This document shows, piece after piece, positions 39,995 to 49,732 of a stretch of DNA of 64,000 bases. The translations under genes were made by a program, and so were the position numbers. How positions within the stretch are numbered: the stretch's first letter is position 1; every line of letters starts with the position of its first letter. The notes under the pieces are model-generated. The model searched no databases. It worked only from the letters and a program-made list of their open reading frames with translations, and was not told the origin of the DNA. This DNA is from an uncultured Prevotellaceae bacterium (GTDB lineage: Bacteria > Bacteroidota > Bacteroidia > Bacteroidales > Bacteroidaceae). The stretch lies in the NCBI GenBank assembly GCA_902784755.1, contig CACZVX010000010.1, positions 90 to 64,089 on the forward strand. The letters run 5' to 3'.

Positions 39995-41083
39995 ATGAAT
40001 AATCAATTGCGTTATTTTATGACGCTGCTGCTCATGATGGCAGTCAGCGTGGGATGGAGTGAAACTAAGACAGAAGGGTTTGAGAAAAAAAGCACGGGTA
40101 CAGATTTTCAAAGTACTTTTACAGTCCCCTCAACCAGTAGTGATTGTGGAATCGGATGGGAGATTTACTATGGAGCGGTTAGCAAACAAGAATGCATTTC
40201 AGGCAAACAATCTGCAGCCATGCGCATTTACACTGCTGCTAAGTATGGTTATTTAAAAACAACGACACCTATTGATAATTTGACAAATGTTTCATTTAAG
40301 GCGAAAGCGTCAAGAGCGAACAGTGCAACAATTAAAATTAATATCAGCTATTCCAACGATGGCTCAACATGGACTTTAATAAAAAGCGATATGGAACTAA
40401 GTTCTTCTGCCAACATTTTCTCATTCGACATTCCTGTTGGTGGTAGATATTTCCAAATAGCCATTTCGCCTAATTCTAAAAGGCCATCCTCAAAAAGTGC
40501 ACAGTTAACAATTGACGATGTTGTTTTTACATATAACTCTGTCACACTTGCTCCCTCTAAGGCTTACACCACTTTAACGAGTGCCTATAGCCTTGACTTC
40601 ACCAATATTACAGGGCTCGCCGCCTTTATCGTAAAAGCAGAAGATGTGAAATCAAACAGCGTCAAGCTTACTCAAGTCCAAAAAGTTCCTGCAAATACTG
40701 GTCTTGTATTGCAGAAGACTGGCACAGAAGCCTCTTATAGCATACCGGTATTCGATGGTACTGACGCAGACAATGTAATAGGTAACCTTATGTATGGCTC
40801 CGCCACCGAAGAAGTATCTGTTGCAGCTGAATCGGGATATATTCTTAAAGACGGTAAATTCCATCTTAGCGAAGCAGGAACATTGGCAAAAGGCAAGGCT
40901 TATCTTAGGATTGTAAATACAGAAGCAAAAGAACTCAACATAACTTTTGGTGAAAGTACAGGAATCAACAACGTTAACGAAAACGATAACGAAAGCGGCA
41001 AGATATTCAATCTCGCTGGTCAGCAGATGAAGAGCGCCGTGAAGGGTGTTTACATCAAGAACGGTAAGAAGTATATTAAGTAA
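39995..41083 (+). CDS. Secreted beta-rich protein with T9SS-type C-terminal signal (paralogous ends to 32578-35202)
   Basis: LRYFMTLLLMM..SVGW signal peptide; last 45 aa are 40/45 identical to the paralog. Confidence 0.8.
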   Translation: MNNQLRYFMTLLLMMAVSVGWSETKTEGFEKKSTGTDFQSTFTVPSTSSDCGIGWEIYYGAVSKQECISGKQSAAMRIYTAAKYGYLKTTTPIDNLTNVSFKAKASRANSATIKINISYSNDGSTWTLIKSDMELSSSANIFSFDIPVGGRYFQIAISPNSKRPSSKSAQLTIDDVVFTYNSVTLAPSKAYTTLTSAYSLDFTNITGLAAFIVKAEDVKSNSVKLTQVQKVPANTGLVLQKTGTEASYSIPVFDGTDADNVIGNLMYGSATEEVSVAAESGYILKDGKFHLSEAGTLAKGKAYLRIVNTEAKELNITFGESTGINNVNENDNESGKIFNLAGQQMKSAVKGVYIKNGKKYIK

Positions 41084-41118
41084 GCAGATAATTGTCTAAC
41101 GATAAAATGATTATGAAC

Positions 41119-41286
41119 ATGAAAAAATATATTAAGCCAATTACAAAGGAAATCAATGTTGATTTGTCGCAGATGATTGCTGCATCTATCGGAATAGAAA
41201 AAGGTTCCGCTAATCCCAGTGATTCTGATGCCAAGGAGTTCGACGGAATGAATGACGATTGGAACAACGATTACGAAGAAGAATAA
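41119..41286 (+). CDS. Small MKKYIKP-type peptide with acidic tail
   Basis: MKKYIKPITKEI...DYEEE; paralog of 35233-35415. Confidence 0.7.
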   Translation: MKKYIKPITKEINVDLSQMIAASIGIEKGSANPSDSDAKEFDGMNDDWNNDYEEE

Positions 41287-41287
41287 A

Positions 41288-41338
41288 TAAGGGTTTAAGC
41301 GTCGCGTAGCGACTGTTTAAGCGCTTCGCTGTTTAAAA
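41288..41338 (-). repeat. Mini-hairpin array
   Basis: Units CGAAG and TCGCTACGCGA between TTAAACAG/CGC linkers. Confidence 0.8.
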
Positions 41339-41350
41339 GTTTAATATTGT

Positions 41351-41385
41351 AAAAGTGGACGAACATGATTGTTCGTCCACTTTTT
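41351..41385. terminator. Bidirectional terminator, copy 3 of 3
   Basis: AAAAGTGGACGAACA-TGAT-TGTTCGTCCACTTTT between convergent genes. Confidence 0.8.
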
Positions 41386-42598
41386 ATTTGAAATAACGGT
41401 CGGCAAAACGAAGGAACTGCTGCCAATCGTAAGATAGAACGGCATGGGGGCCGCGACGGATGTGATAGGCAATAGCTCCATCAGCATAGGGTATATCCAA
41501 AGGGGTCAGCTGGTCAGAACCTATGCCTTTCAGACCATAAAGGGCATAAACGGGCTCAGCTCCCTTGGCACCGAGGAATTCTCCATAGGGATCACTCCAT
41601 TTGTCATCTTCAGCACTGGCAATATAAATAGGACGGGGTGCGGAAAGGGCTATCAGCTCATGTTGATCAAAAGGCATGTGCTCTTCACGGGCATTGAACT
41701 GCTTGTAATTGCCACAGTACCAATGACGGAAACGGTAGTTGACGGTCTCCACGGTCTCACCAAACTGACGACGGGAAAGGGCGGCACCACAACAGCCGGA
41801 GTTGACGGGGATAATAAGTGCAAAGCGGGGGTCACAGGCGGCTGCCCACAGTACAGCTTTTCCTAAACGGGAATGACCGAGAATAGCTACCTTACTGGCA
41901 TCGACCTGCGGATCCTGAACGAGATAGTCCATAGCACGATTCATCCCCCATGCCCAAGCGGCAACAGCTCCCCACTCATCAGGCCAAGGCTCTCTTTGGG
42001 AACCTTTATAATAATAGGTATGGAGACAAGTCTGATGATTGTCGAAACGGTCTGGCTCCACGTCTTCATAACAGAAGGTGGCGAGTCCATAACCATGGGC
42101 GAGAATGCTGTCGAGCGCCCAGGGGCCTTCGTGAATGGTGTTGTTGGGTTTGAAACTGATGCCGAGAATAACAGGGACTCGATGGCGGCGGGCCTCTCTC
42201 GGGAGATAGAGCTGCAGATGGAGCACGGGGCCTTCGGACTTTGAGGTCAGCATGATATCCACCAGTTTCCGAATGGCTTTTCCGCCCAGTTCTTTCTGAG
42301 CGGTATCCGTTACACGGTAAATGAGTGGTGAGGGTGCTGCCGGAGCCTTTCCGAACATGTAGGTCTCGAAGAGTTGGAAAAGTTCAGGACGCCGTTTTTG
42401 TTCCCATTCTTCTACGGTGGTGACACGGGTACCATCGCTACAGAGGAGTGCATCGGGCAAAGTGTAGGCGGGAACTTTTGACTCGTCATAATTGGCATAT
42501 TTGTTGTAGTCACGCTTCTGAATCCGTTCTGCCTGGGCACAGACTGAAAGGGTAAAGAGCGTGAGGATAGTACTTAGGAAAAGACGATGATTCTTCAT
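41384..42598 (-). CDS. CE15-type glucuronoyl esterase
   Basis: NYDESKVPAYTLPD, AWAWG..RAMDYL, GHSRLGK nucleophile, PFDQH.LIAL.APRP. Confidence 0.88.
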   Translation of the reverse strand: MKNHRLFLSTILTLFTLSVCAQAERIQKRDYNKYANYDESKVPAYTLPDALLCSDGTRVTTVEEWEQKRRPELFQLFETYMFGKAPAAPSPLIYRVTDTAQKELGGKAIRKLVDIMLTSKSEGPVLHLQLYLPREARRHRVPVILGISFKPNNTIHEGPWALDSILAHGYGLATFCYEDVEPDRFDNHQTCLHTYYYKGSQREPWPDEWGAVAAWAWGMNRAMDYLVQDPQVDASKVAILGHSRLGKAVLWAAACDPRFALIIPVNSGCCGAALSRRQFGETVETVNYRFRHWYCGNYKQFNAREEHMPFDQHELIALSAPRPIYIASAEDDKWSDPYGEFLGAKGAEPVYALYGLKGIGSDQLTPLDIPYADGAIAYHIRRGPHAVLSYDWQQFLRFADRYFK

Positions 42599-42658
42599 GG
42601 TTTTGAGTTTTTACGTTTACGGAAACAAAGGTACGACTTTTTTTGCAGATTGCAAAAA

Positions 42659-42806
42659 TACAAAGACACAGATAAGGGTTTAAGCGTTGCTTCGCAACTG
42701 TTTAAGCGTCCTTCGGACTGTTTAAGCGCCACTACGTGGCTGTTTAAAAGTTAATGACTATGACTATGACGATGACAAATAACTCTGTATCTCTGTGTCT
42801 CTGTGT
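42659..42806 (-). repeat. Composite repeat (9-mer, mini-hairpin array, 6-mer, 9-mer)
   Basis: Units CCACGTAGTGG, TCCGAAGGA and TTGCGAAGCAA. Confidence 0.85.
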
Positions 42807-42962
42807 ACAATTTAAATAATTCCCTCTTCCAGAAAAAACAAACAAAATGTTTGGTCTTTTCATTCATCTTGCAGCTATTTTATGGCTGGTGCCATGAAAT
42901 TAGGCTGCACTCAGAAAAAACAAACAAAACAGCAAACACACTCATAAACAAACAAAAAGAAC

Positions 42963-43862
42963 ATGAAGAAAATCAGAGCAGCCGTCGTTGGTTACGGCAA
43001 TATCGGTAAGTATGCCCTCCAAGCTTTGGAGGCTTCCGAGGATTTCGAAGTAGCTGGTATCGTGCGCCGTAATGGTGCGGAGAACAAGCCCGCTGAGTTG
43101 GCACCGTATGAGGTGGTGAAGGATATCAAGGAACTGAAGGATGTGGATGTGGCTATTCTGGCGACCCCCACGCGTTCCTGCGAGGAATATGCCAATCAGA
43201 TTCTGCCTTTAGGCATCAATACCGTTGACTCTTTCGACATCCATACCAATATCCGCGGCTATCGTGAGCGTCTGATGGAACTGAACAAGAAAACGGGTAC
43301 GGTGAGCGTGATTGCTGCCGGATGGGATCCGGGATCGGACTCCATCGTCCGCACGCTGATGCAGAGTCTGGCTCCTAAAGGTCTGAGCTACACGAACTTC
43401 GGTCCTGGTATGTCGATGGGACACTCTGTTTGTGTTCGTTCGAAAGCAGGTGTGAAGAACGCGCTCTCGATGACGATTCCCCTCGGAGAAGGTATTCATC
43501 GCCGCATGGTGTATGTGGAACTGGAAGAGGGTGCCAAGTTAGAGGATGTGACGGCTGCCATCAAGGCTGATCCTTATTTCGCTAATGATGAGACGCATGT
43601 CTTTGCGGTGGAGTCGGTGGATGCCGTCCGCGATATGGGTCATGGTGTGAATCTGGTGCGCAAGGGTGTGAGTGGAAAGACACAAAACCAGCGTCTGGAG
43701 TTCAATATGAGCATCAACAACCCCGCGCTGACGGGTCAGGTGTTGGTGAATGTAGCTCGTGCTTCCATGCGTCAGCAGCCCGGGTGCTACACGATGATTG
43801 AGATCCCTGTCATCGATATGCTGCCCGGCGAACGTGCCGATCTTATTGAGCATTTGGTGTAA
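42963..43862 (+). CDS. ddh: meso-Diaminopimelate dehydrogenase
   Basis: VVGYGNIG, TVDSFDIH, GWDPG, FGPGMSMGHS, NNPALTG. Confidence 0.95.
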   Translation: MKKIRAAVVGYGNIGKYALQALEASEDFEVAGIVRRNGAENKPAELAPYEVVKDIKELKDVDVAILATPTRSCEEYANQILPLGINTVDSFDIHTNIRGYRERLMELNKKTGTVSVIAAGWDPGSDSIVRTLMQSLAPKGLSYTNFGPGMSMGHSVCVRSKAGVKNALSMTIPLGEGIHRRMVYVELEEGAKLEDVTAAIKADPYFANDETHVFAVESVDAVRDMGHGVNLVRKGVSGKTQNQRLEFNMSINNPALTGQVLVNVARASMRQQPGCYTMIEIPVIDMLPGERADLIEHLV

Positions 43863-43888
43863 GGATTCCCTCCACCAAGCAAAATAAC

Positions 43889-43926
43889 AATAATTCCGCC
43901 TTTCTGATGAAAAGCGGAATTATTTA
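43889..43926. terminator. Terminator hairpin
   Basis: AATAATTCCGC...GCGGAATTATT. Confidence 0.7.
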
Positions 43927-44034
43927 TTATTGTAAAAGCCACATAGAAAGGCAGTTACAACATTATATAAAGATTATTATAATCTTATTATAAAGCTACA
44001 AACGGTTCTTTTCGTCATTACCTATGAGTGCTTT

Positions 44035-45291
44035 TTACAGCGATTTGAGCCATTGGGCAATATCCTGCAGTACTTCGGGCGAAATGGTTTCCTCAATCTG
44101 CCCGTATTCTGCGGGAAGTCCTGTGGTACTGTGTTGGAAAAGATGATTGAGTCCGGGATATTCCTTCACAAGATTCTTTTTTGACTTGGGCAACAGCTGC
44201 TGGATGGCAGTAAGGTTCTGCGAGGCAATGACCTGACAGTCGAGATCACCGTTCAAAGCAAACACCGGACAGCGGGTGCTGCGGATATTACTTGTCGGGT
44301 CGTAGTCGATAAACCATTTCAGCCACGGAATCTCCTGAACATCTTGCTGCTGGCGACATTTCTCCACTGTCATCGTAGCAGGTAATCCCGACAGCGACAG
44401 AATGCGGTTGTTCTGTGCGGTCAGCAGCGTATCACCCTTCACACCAGGACCGGCCAGGGAAACAATGAAATCGGTCTGTTTCTTAGCACCAAGCATAAAG
44501 GCAATCAGTCCACCCTCACTATGACCGAGCATTCCTACCTTGCTGAACTTTTTCTGTTGGCGCAGGAACTCAAGACCAGCTAAGGCATCACGCATAAAGT
44601 CCTCCGACGTGCCTTTCTTCACATCGCCCCCAGTAGATTTGCCTGTAGCACGGTCGTCATAACGTAGTGTGGCAATGCCCTGACGAGCCAGATAGTCGGC
44701 AATCACGAAAAATGGTTTGTGATTGAAAACCTCTTCATCGCGGTTCTGCTGTCCACTACCCGATACGAACAAGACGACAATAGGTTTCTTCTTCGACTGC
44801 TTGCCAGAGCCAACAGGGTAAGTCAGCGTACCTGCCAAGGTGGCTCCATCCGCTTCGTTGCGGAACGTCACCTCCTCTGTCTCGTAGGGAAACGGCGGCT
44901 GCGGATTCTGCGGGCGCTTCACCTCAGCAACATCCCCTCTTGTCAACACCAAGGGGATTTTCAGACCGTTCTGTGAGAACGTACCATCGAGCTTTCCGTC
45001 TTTCAGCTTGGCACGATAGGTCATTCCTATTTGTTCTACCTTGATGGCCAGCGAGTCGTCAGAAAGGAATTCCTTAAAAGTACCAATACCCTTAGCTCCC
45101 TGGTCAGGACTGTCCATCGTCACCAACACATAACCGTCTGCCTGGTCGAGATGAAGCACAATAGTCAATGACATGGTACCCACATTCAGTTTACCCGACC
45201 ATGAGCCGATTAGGGCGGTGGTGGGTTGCACCTGTGCCTTTCCCGTCAGGGCTACGAGGGCGAGTAAGGCCATGATAATGTTTTTCTTCAT
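44035..45291 (-). CDS. Secreted alpha/beta hydrolase (S9/S15-like)
   Basis: SGSGQQNRDE, LRYDDR, GHSEGG, LNHLFQ. Confidence 0.88.
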   Translation of the reverse strand: MKKNIIMALLALVALTGKAQVQPTTALIGSWSGKLNVGTMSLTIVLHLDQADGYVLVTMDSPDQGAKGIGTFKEFLSDDSLAIKVEQIGMTYRAKLKDGKLDGTFSQNGLKIPLVLTRGDVAEVKRPQNPQPPFPYETEEVTFRNEADGATLAGTLTYPVGSGKQSKKKPIVVLFVSGSGQQNRDEEVFNHKPFFVIADYLARQGIATLRYDDRATGKSTGGDVKKGTSEDFMRDALAGLEFLRQQKKFSKVGMLGHSEGGLIAFMLGAKKQTDFIVSLAGPGVKGDTLLTAQNNRILSLSGLPATMTVEKCRQQQDVQEIPWLKWFIDYDPTSNIRSTRCPVFALNGDLDCQVIASQNLTAIQQLLPKSKKNLVKEYPGLNHLFQHSTTGLPAEYGQIEETISPEVLQDIAQWLKSL

Positions 45292-45386
45292 TGTTGTTCT
45301 GTTGTTATTTATTGCAAAGGTACATTTTTATTTCTTTTGGAGGGTCAAATAATTCCCTAAAAAATCTTATTCTGGGCTTGTTCGCC

Positions 45387-47936
45387 TTACAGACGGCCTT
45401 TCTCTTCATTACCTGCACCTGTTCCCTTGTACTTAGAACTGGCGGCGTTGAAGTTATAGCTCAGTGTAAGTCCCACACATTGCGTATAGGTGTAGACATC
45501 CTGCACCGTCTTTCCTATGGCATAATAGGTAGTCATTTTGCTTCTGGACGTGCGGAAGATATCGTTGGCATAGAGCGTAGCTGAAAGGCTCCCCTTTAAG
45601 AAGGTCTTCTGCAAACGGGCGTTCACAGCGAAGTTGCTGCCGCGATACATGAATCCCCAATGGTTGCTGCCGGTATAGCTGACTTGTACCAGGGCCTTCG
45701 CCGTGGGGTCGATGACGAACCAACTGTTCAGATTGAAACTGAATTCGGGTTTGTTCAGTTTCTTTGGCGCACCATACGCTTCGGCGTCGAACATCTGCTG
45801 ATAGTAGTGCAACGTGGCAGTGGGATGCCAGAAGCCGAACTTCGGCGAGGCAACGAGCGTGGCATAGACGCGATCCTGATGGTCGAAGTTGACGGGTTGG
45901 AAGATGCCTATCTCCTGCTCTTCATCGTACACTCTGCAGATATGGGTAAAGAGATCGTTCTCACGGGTGAAGCCCGTGACAAAGGTCAGCCACGAATAGG
46001 TCAGGTTGAAATCGATACTCTGACGTACCGACGGGCGCAACAGCGGATTGCCGCCCTCATAGAACATACGGCTGTCGTAGACGATTACAGAACTCAACAT
46101 ATTGTAGGGCGGACGGGTGATACGCTTGCTGTAGCTGAGCTGTGCGCTCCACTTGCCTTTCTGCCATGCTGCTGAAAGGTTGGGAAACCAGTCGTTATAG
46201 GTGCGGCTGGGTTCTTCCTGCCATTCGCCAAACGAATAGTAATCTGTTTTTACATGCTCAAAGCGAAGACCGGCATTCAGGTGCCAAAAGCCCAACTGCA
46301 TCTCGTATTCAGCAAATCCGGCAACGTTTCTTTCTCTCATCTCGTTGTCAGCTTCTGGTATAATGTCTTCTTGATTGACATTTCGACCATAACTAATCGT
46401 GTTTGTAGCCTCCGATCCGCCACTCAGTACGCCTTTCCATATGGGATAAGTCAGCACCAGCTTGCCTGCCATCATACGGCGGTTTTCCATATTAAGGGTA
46501 GTGATGGTGCGGTCGCCAAGTTCTTTACTATACTCCTGCTGGTTAAGATGGTTTTCCGTTATTCTCTGCAATATCGTGGCGTTTAGGTCGATGCCTAATT
46601 TTCCTGCCTTTCCCACATAATATGAGTTCAGTTCCCATACGGGTTTATCGAGTTCGTCGATATCTGTTTTCAAAAGGACGTCACCGTAGAAGGCACCATT
46701 CTTCTGATAGGTTTGCTCCATATCAGTCTTGAACTTATTGTAGAATAATTTCTGCGACGAGAAACTCAGTCCTAAGGAATGGTCGGTATTGAAGTCATAA
46801 CTCACACCTGTCTTGTACTGGAACTGCGTCCAACTACTCCTTATCGGCAGTTCAACTTGTGCGCTGAACTCGTCTTTTTTGATATGCAGTTCCTGCTCAA
46901 GGTTCTGTTCTGCGCTATAGTGGCCGTTGTCGAGAGCTATGGTGGCAAACGCCTCCAGCCCGCCTGTACGGTATTTCAAGGTCAGGTCGTCGTAGTTGTT
47001 CCATTTGTTGTTCTTCCACGTCTGGCTGATAGCCATCAGACTGAATCCGTCGCCTTGGGGCTTCAGCGTCTTGATGCGGATGACGGCATTTACCTCAGCA
47101 TTATACTTGGCACCTGGCGCCGTGATAATCTCCACATTCTTGATGTCCATCGATTTCAACTGTTTCAGTTCAACGCCATCGCGTACCTTTTTATTATTAA
47201 TGTAGATTTCCGGCTCGCCCTTGGCTAAAACCTCGAACTTGCCGTCACGCCCTTGAATCATGGGTAGCATTGAGAGTAAATCGTCGGCAGAGCCAACATC
47301 ATGCAGGATGGAGTGCTGAATGTCAACTGCCATTCCACCCTGAACCATCTTATATTGTGGAATCTCGCCTTTTACCACGACATTCTGCAACACAATGGCG
47401 TCCTTTTTCAGTCGGATATTTCCCACTTCGCCCACAGTACAAGGCTGATAATGAGTCTTGTAGCCCACAAAGGTGACACGGATGAGCATCCGTCCCGGAC
47501 GGCAGGGAATGACGAAATCGCCATTCTGATTCGTTACGCCGCCATTGATGAATGTCGAGTCGGCGATGCTAAGTAAGGCTACATTGGCAAATTCTACGGG
47601 CTGGCCCTGTTCGTCGATGACGCGCCCAATTACCTTTTGTGCCTCTTTCTGGATGCATTCCACGGTAATGAGACTGTCGTTCAAGGTAATTTTCATCGGA
47701 TAGAAGCCCACCACCTCGCGAACAGCATTGTCAACAGTACTGTTGCGGAAGCTGGCAGTCACGGTAAAATCCTCCAACTCGTTGTAGATGAAACTGATGC
47801 GCTTGTCATGCTGTGACTTGTTCAAATCAATGAGCACGTCGGAAAGTGACGTCTCGGCGTACCTCTTGGTGAGACGCTGCGCCTGTGCCTGTGTCATGAA
47901 GAAACACAAGAAAAGAATGTACAATGTGTTTCTCAT
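45387..47936 (-). CDS. TonB-dependent-receptor-like outer-membrane beta-barrel with STN and carboxypeptidase-regulatory-like domains
   Basis: ISFIYNELEDF STN, VEIITAPGAKY plug, GNPLLRP, ends KYKGTGAGNEEKGRL. Confidence 0.85.
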   Translation of the reverse strand: MRNTLYILFLCFFMTQAQAQRLTKRYAETSLSDVLIDLNKSQHDKRISFIYNELEDFTVTASFRNSTVDNAVREVVGFYPMKITLNDSLITVECIQKEAQKVIGRVIDEQGQPVEFANVALLSIADSTFINGGVTNQNGDFVIPCRPGRMLIRVTFVGYKTHYQPCTVGEVGNIRLKKDAIVLQNVVVKGEIPQYKMVQGGMAVDIQHSILHDVGSADDLLSMLPMIQGRDGKFEVLAKGEPEIYINNKKVRDGVELKQLKSMDIKNVEIITAPGAKYNAEVNAVIRIKTLKPQGDGFSLMAISQTWKNNKWNNYDDLTLKYRTGGLEAFATIALDNGHYSAEQNLEQELHIKKDEFSAQVELPIRSSWTQFQYKTGVSYDFNTDHSLGLSFSSQKLFYNKFKTDMEQTYQKNGAFYGDVLLKTDIDELDKPVWELNSYYVGKAGKLGIDLNATILQRITENHLNQQEYSKELGDRTITTLNMENRRMMAGKLVLTYPIWKGVLSGGSEATNTISYGRNVNQEDIIPEADNEMRERNVAGFAEYEMQLGFWHLNAGLRFEHVKTDYYSFGEWQEEPSRTYNDWFPNLSAAWQKGKWSAQLSYSKRITRPPYNMLSSVIVYDSRMFYEGGNPLLRPSVRQSIDFNLTYSWLTFVTGFTRENDLFTHICRVYDEEQEIGIFQPVNFDHQDRVYATLVASPKFGFWHPTATLHYYQQMFDAEAYGAPKKLNKPEFSFNLNSWFVIDPTAKALVQVSYTGSNHWGFMYRGSNFAVNARLQKTFLKGSLSATLYANDIFRTSRSKMTTYYAIGKTVQDVYTYTQCVGLTLSYNFNAASSKYKGTGAGNEEKGRL

Positions 47937-47939
47937 GGC

Positions 47940-48554
47940 TTACTCGATGATGATTACGTTTTCCTTGACGGCCAGTTGCACTTTCTCGAACCTGTTCAGC
48001 TCTTCCATCACCTGACGGAGCGACATCTGTGGGTTCCACGGATAATAGAGTCGCAAGGCGGCAGCTTCGCCGTTTCTCACCTCAACCGTCAGATGATGGT
48101 AAGCGGCGATTTCTTCCACGATGTCCTTCAACGGAACATTCTCAAAGGTCTTTGGCTGAGCCACAACCGTGCTATCCGGCAACATCCTCGTTTCCTTGGC
48201 CTCCTGATTGACTGACTGTTCCGTCACAGTATACTCCGTCTGCTGCTTAACCTCCCGGTTCCTTGTGTAATGAATGGCGGCATAGGCTATGCCTGAGAGC
48301 ATCAAGATACCGACAAGGGCAGCTGCCACTTTTCGGATTGTCGGAATCAAGGTTCGCTCTTTAGCTGTCTCCACGCCATCTTCTGAAGAGAACAGGGCGT
48401 CATCGGCAAAGACGGAATCGGTTGCCCTGACCATCTGCGCGTAGAATTGACGGCACTCGTCGTCTTCCAACAGCTGCCGGATTTCTTCTTCCGTGAACTG
48501 CTCCGGATCATTTTGCATCTTCAGGAGCAACTCCAGTTTTTCTTCTTTCTTCAT
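47940..48554 (-). CDS. FecR C-terminal (DUF4974) anti-sigma-like protein
   Basis: TM VAAALVGILMLSGIAYA; FENVPLKDIVEEIA. Confidence 0.8.
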   Translation of the reverse strand: MKKEEKLELLLKMQNDPEQFTEEEIRQLLEDDECRQFYAQMVRATDSVFADDALFSSEDGVETAKERTLIPTIRKVAAALVGILMLSGIAYAAIHYTRNREVKQQTEYTVTEQSVNQEAKETRMLPDSTVVAQPKTFENVPLKDIVEEIAAYHHLTVEVRNGEAAALRLYYPWNPQMSLRQVMEELNRFEKVQLAVKENVIIIE

Positions 48555-49042
48555 GGGTTGAATCGGTTTTTCAGTTTTAAGATTGCCTGCGAGAGATATT
48601 TATAGACGGTAGCCTCGCTGACGCCCACCATCTGAGCTATCTCGCGATATTTCAGCCGCTCACCATAGTGCATCTGGAATACGCGGCGAATCTGTGGTGT
48701 AAGCTCCGAACGGACAAATTCCTGATACAGCCGGTACTGCTCCTCTTCTTCCCCGCGGTCGTCTGCCTGCTCACTGACGTCAAGAGGCAATGCACGCCGC
48801 ATACGTTCGTGCAGTTTCATCCGCTTAATCCGGTTCAGGCACTCAAATCGCACACTGCTCCTTGCATAGGCAACAAGCCGGTCTTCATCGGGCAGCAGTT
48901 CGGCAGCCATCAGACGCGCCATCACGTCGCCTACAGCGTCGCGGGCGTCTTCGTCGTCATGGAGCAGGATGCGCGCACAGCGCAGTAGCTCGTTGTAGTG
49001 CTGGCGGAACAGCGCCGCCATCGCGTCTTCTCTGTTGGGCAT
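48551..49042 (-). CDS. ECF sigma-70 factor
   Basis: DDEDARDAV.DV; LKYREIAQMVGVSEATVYKYLSQA. Confidence 0.9.
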   Translation of the reverse strand: MPNREDAMAALFRQHYNELLRCARILLHDDEDARDAVGDVMARLMAAELLPDEDRLVAYARSSVRFECLNRIKRMKLHERMRRALPLDVSEQADDRGEEEEQYRLYQEFVRSELTPQIRRVFQMHYGERLKYREIAQMVGVSEATVYKYLSQAILKLKNRFNP

Positions 49043-49220
49043 TCTATTTCCAATCTTTCTACCTATAAGACAATCGAAGTGTCTTTTTCCCAACCCTCAA
49101 AACCGATTATTTTACTTTTTCCACGAAAAAAGTTTATTTCCAAACAAAAAACATCCTCAATATGGCCATTCCATAAATAATAATAGGTGTGGAAACGCCA
49201 AAGTGTACACACAGAAAATA

Positions 49221-49279
49221 GAGCGCAGCCTCTGCCGTCCTGCTCTTAGTAAGAGACAGGCAGTTCAAAGGCTGCGCTT
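49221..49279 (-). terminator. Long hairpin / probable terminator after DUF4332
   Basis: GAGCGCAGCCT...AGGCTGCGCTT stem. Confidence 0.55.
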
Positions 49280-49309
49280 TAGTATTGTTCAAATGTATTG
49301 CAGATGGAA

Positions 49310-49720
49310 TTAGTACTCCATCACGGCGGGCAGTTCCTTGGCCTGCTCAATCATCTTTTCAACCTCTACAACGGCAGGAACGCGGTTGACAAGATTCTTC
49401 TCTGCGTTAATCTCCTCGAGTTTTGCCTGCAGATTTGCGGGAACACGATGCTTCAGTTCCTTCACGGTATCTACACCAGCAGCCTCCAACAACTCAGAGA
49501 ACTGGGGGCCTACACCGTTGATACGCATCAGGTCGCAATGATTCGTCCATGTAAGAATCAGTTTTCCAGAGATACCGGTCTCTTCTTCAAGAGCTTTACG
49601 GCCAGCGGGCTTTGCACACTTCTCAAGCAGTGCGTCTGTATCCTTAATACCTGCAGCCAACAGTTTTTCGCCATAAACGGGTCCAATACCCTCAACGTCG
49701 ATAATTTTGTAGTTACTCAT
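49310..49720 (-). CDS. DUF4332 (HhH) domain protein
   Basis: VEGIGP, DLMRINGVGPQFSELLEAAGVDTVKEL. Confidence 0.88.
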   Translation of the reverse strand: MSNYKIIDVEGIGPVYGEKLLAAGIKDTDALLEKCAKPAGRKALEEETGISGKLILTWTNHCDLMRINGVGPQFSELLEAAGVDTVKELKHRVPANLQAKLEEINAEKNLVNRVPAVVEVEKMIEQAKELPAVMEY

Positions 49721-49732
49721 GACTTTGAAAAT

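Noticed and set aside
35080-41083. Diversity-generating retroelement TR/VR pair in the duplicated C-termini
   Set aside because: Both copies are coding, the differences are not restricted to adenines, and no reverse transcriptase is present in the window.
30240-42960. Classical integron, prophage or IS/transposon
   Set aside because: No integrase, transposase or phage genes were recognised, and I did not see canonical attC sites.
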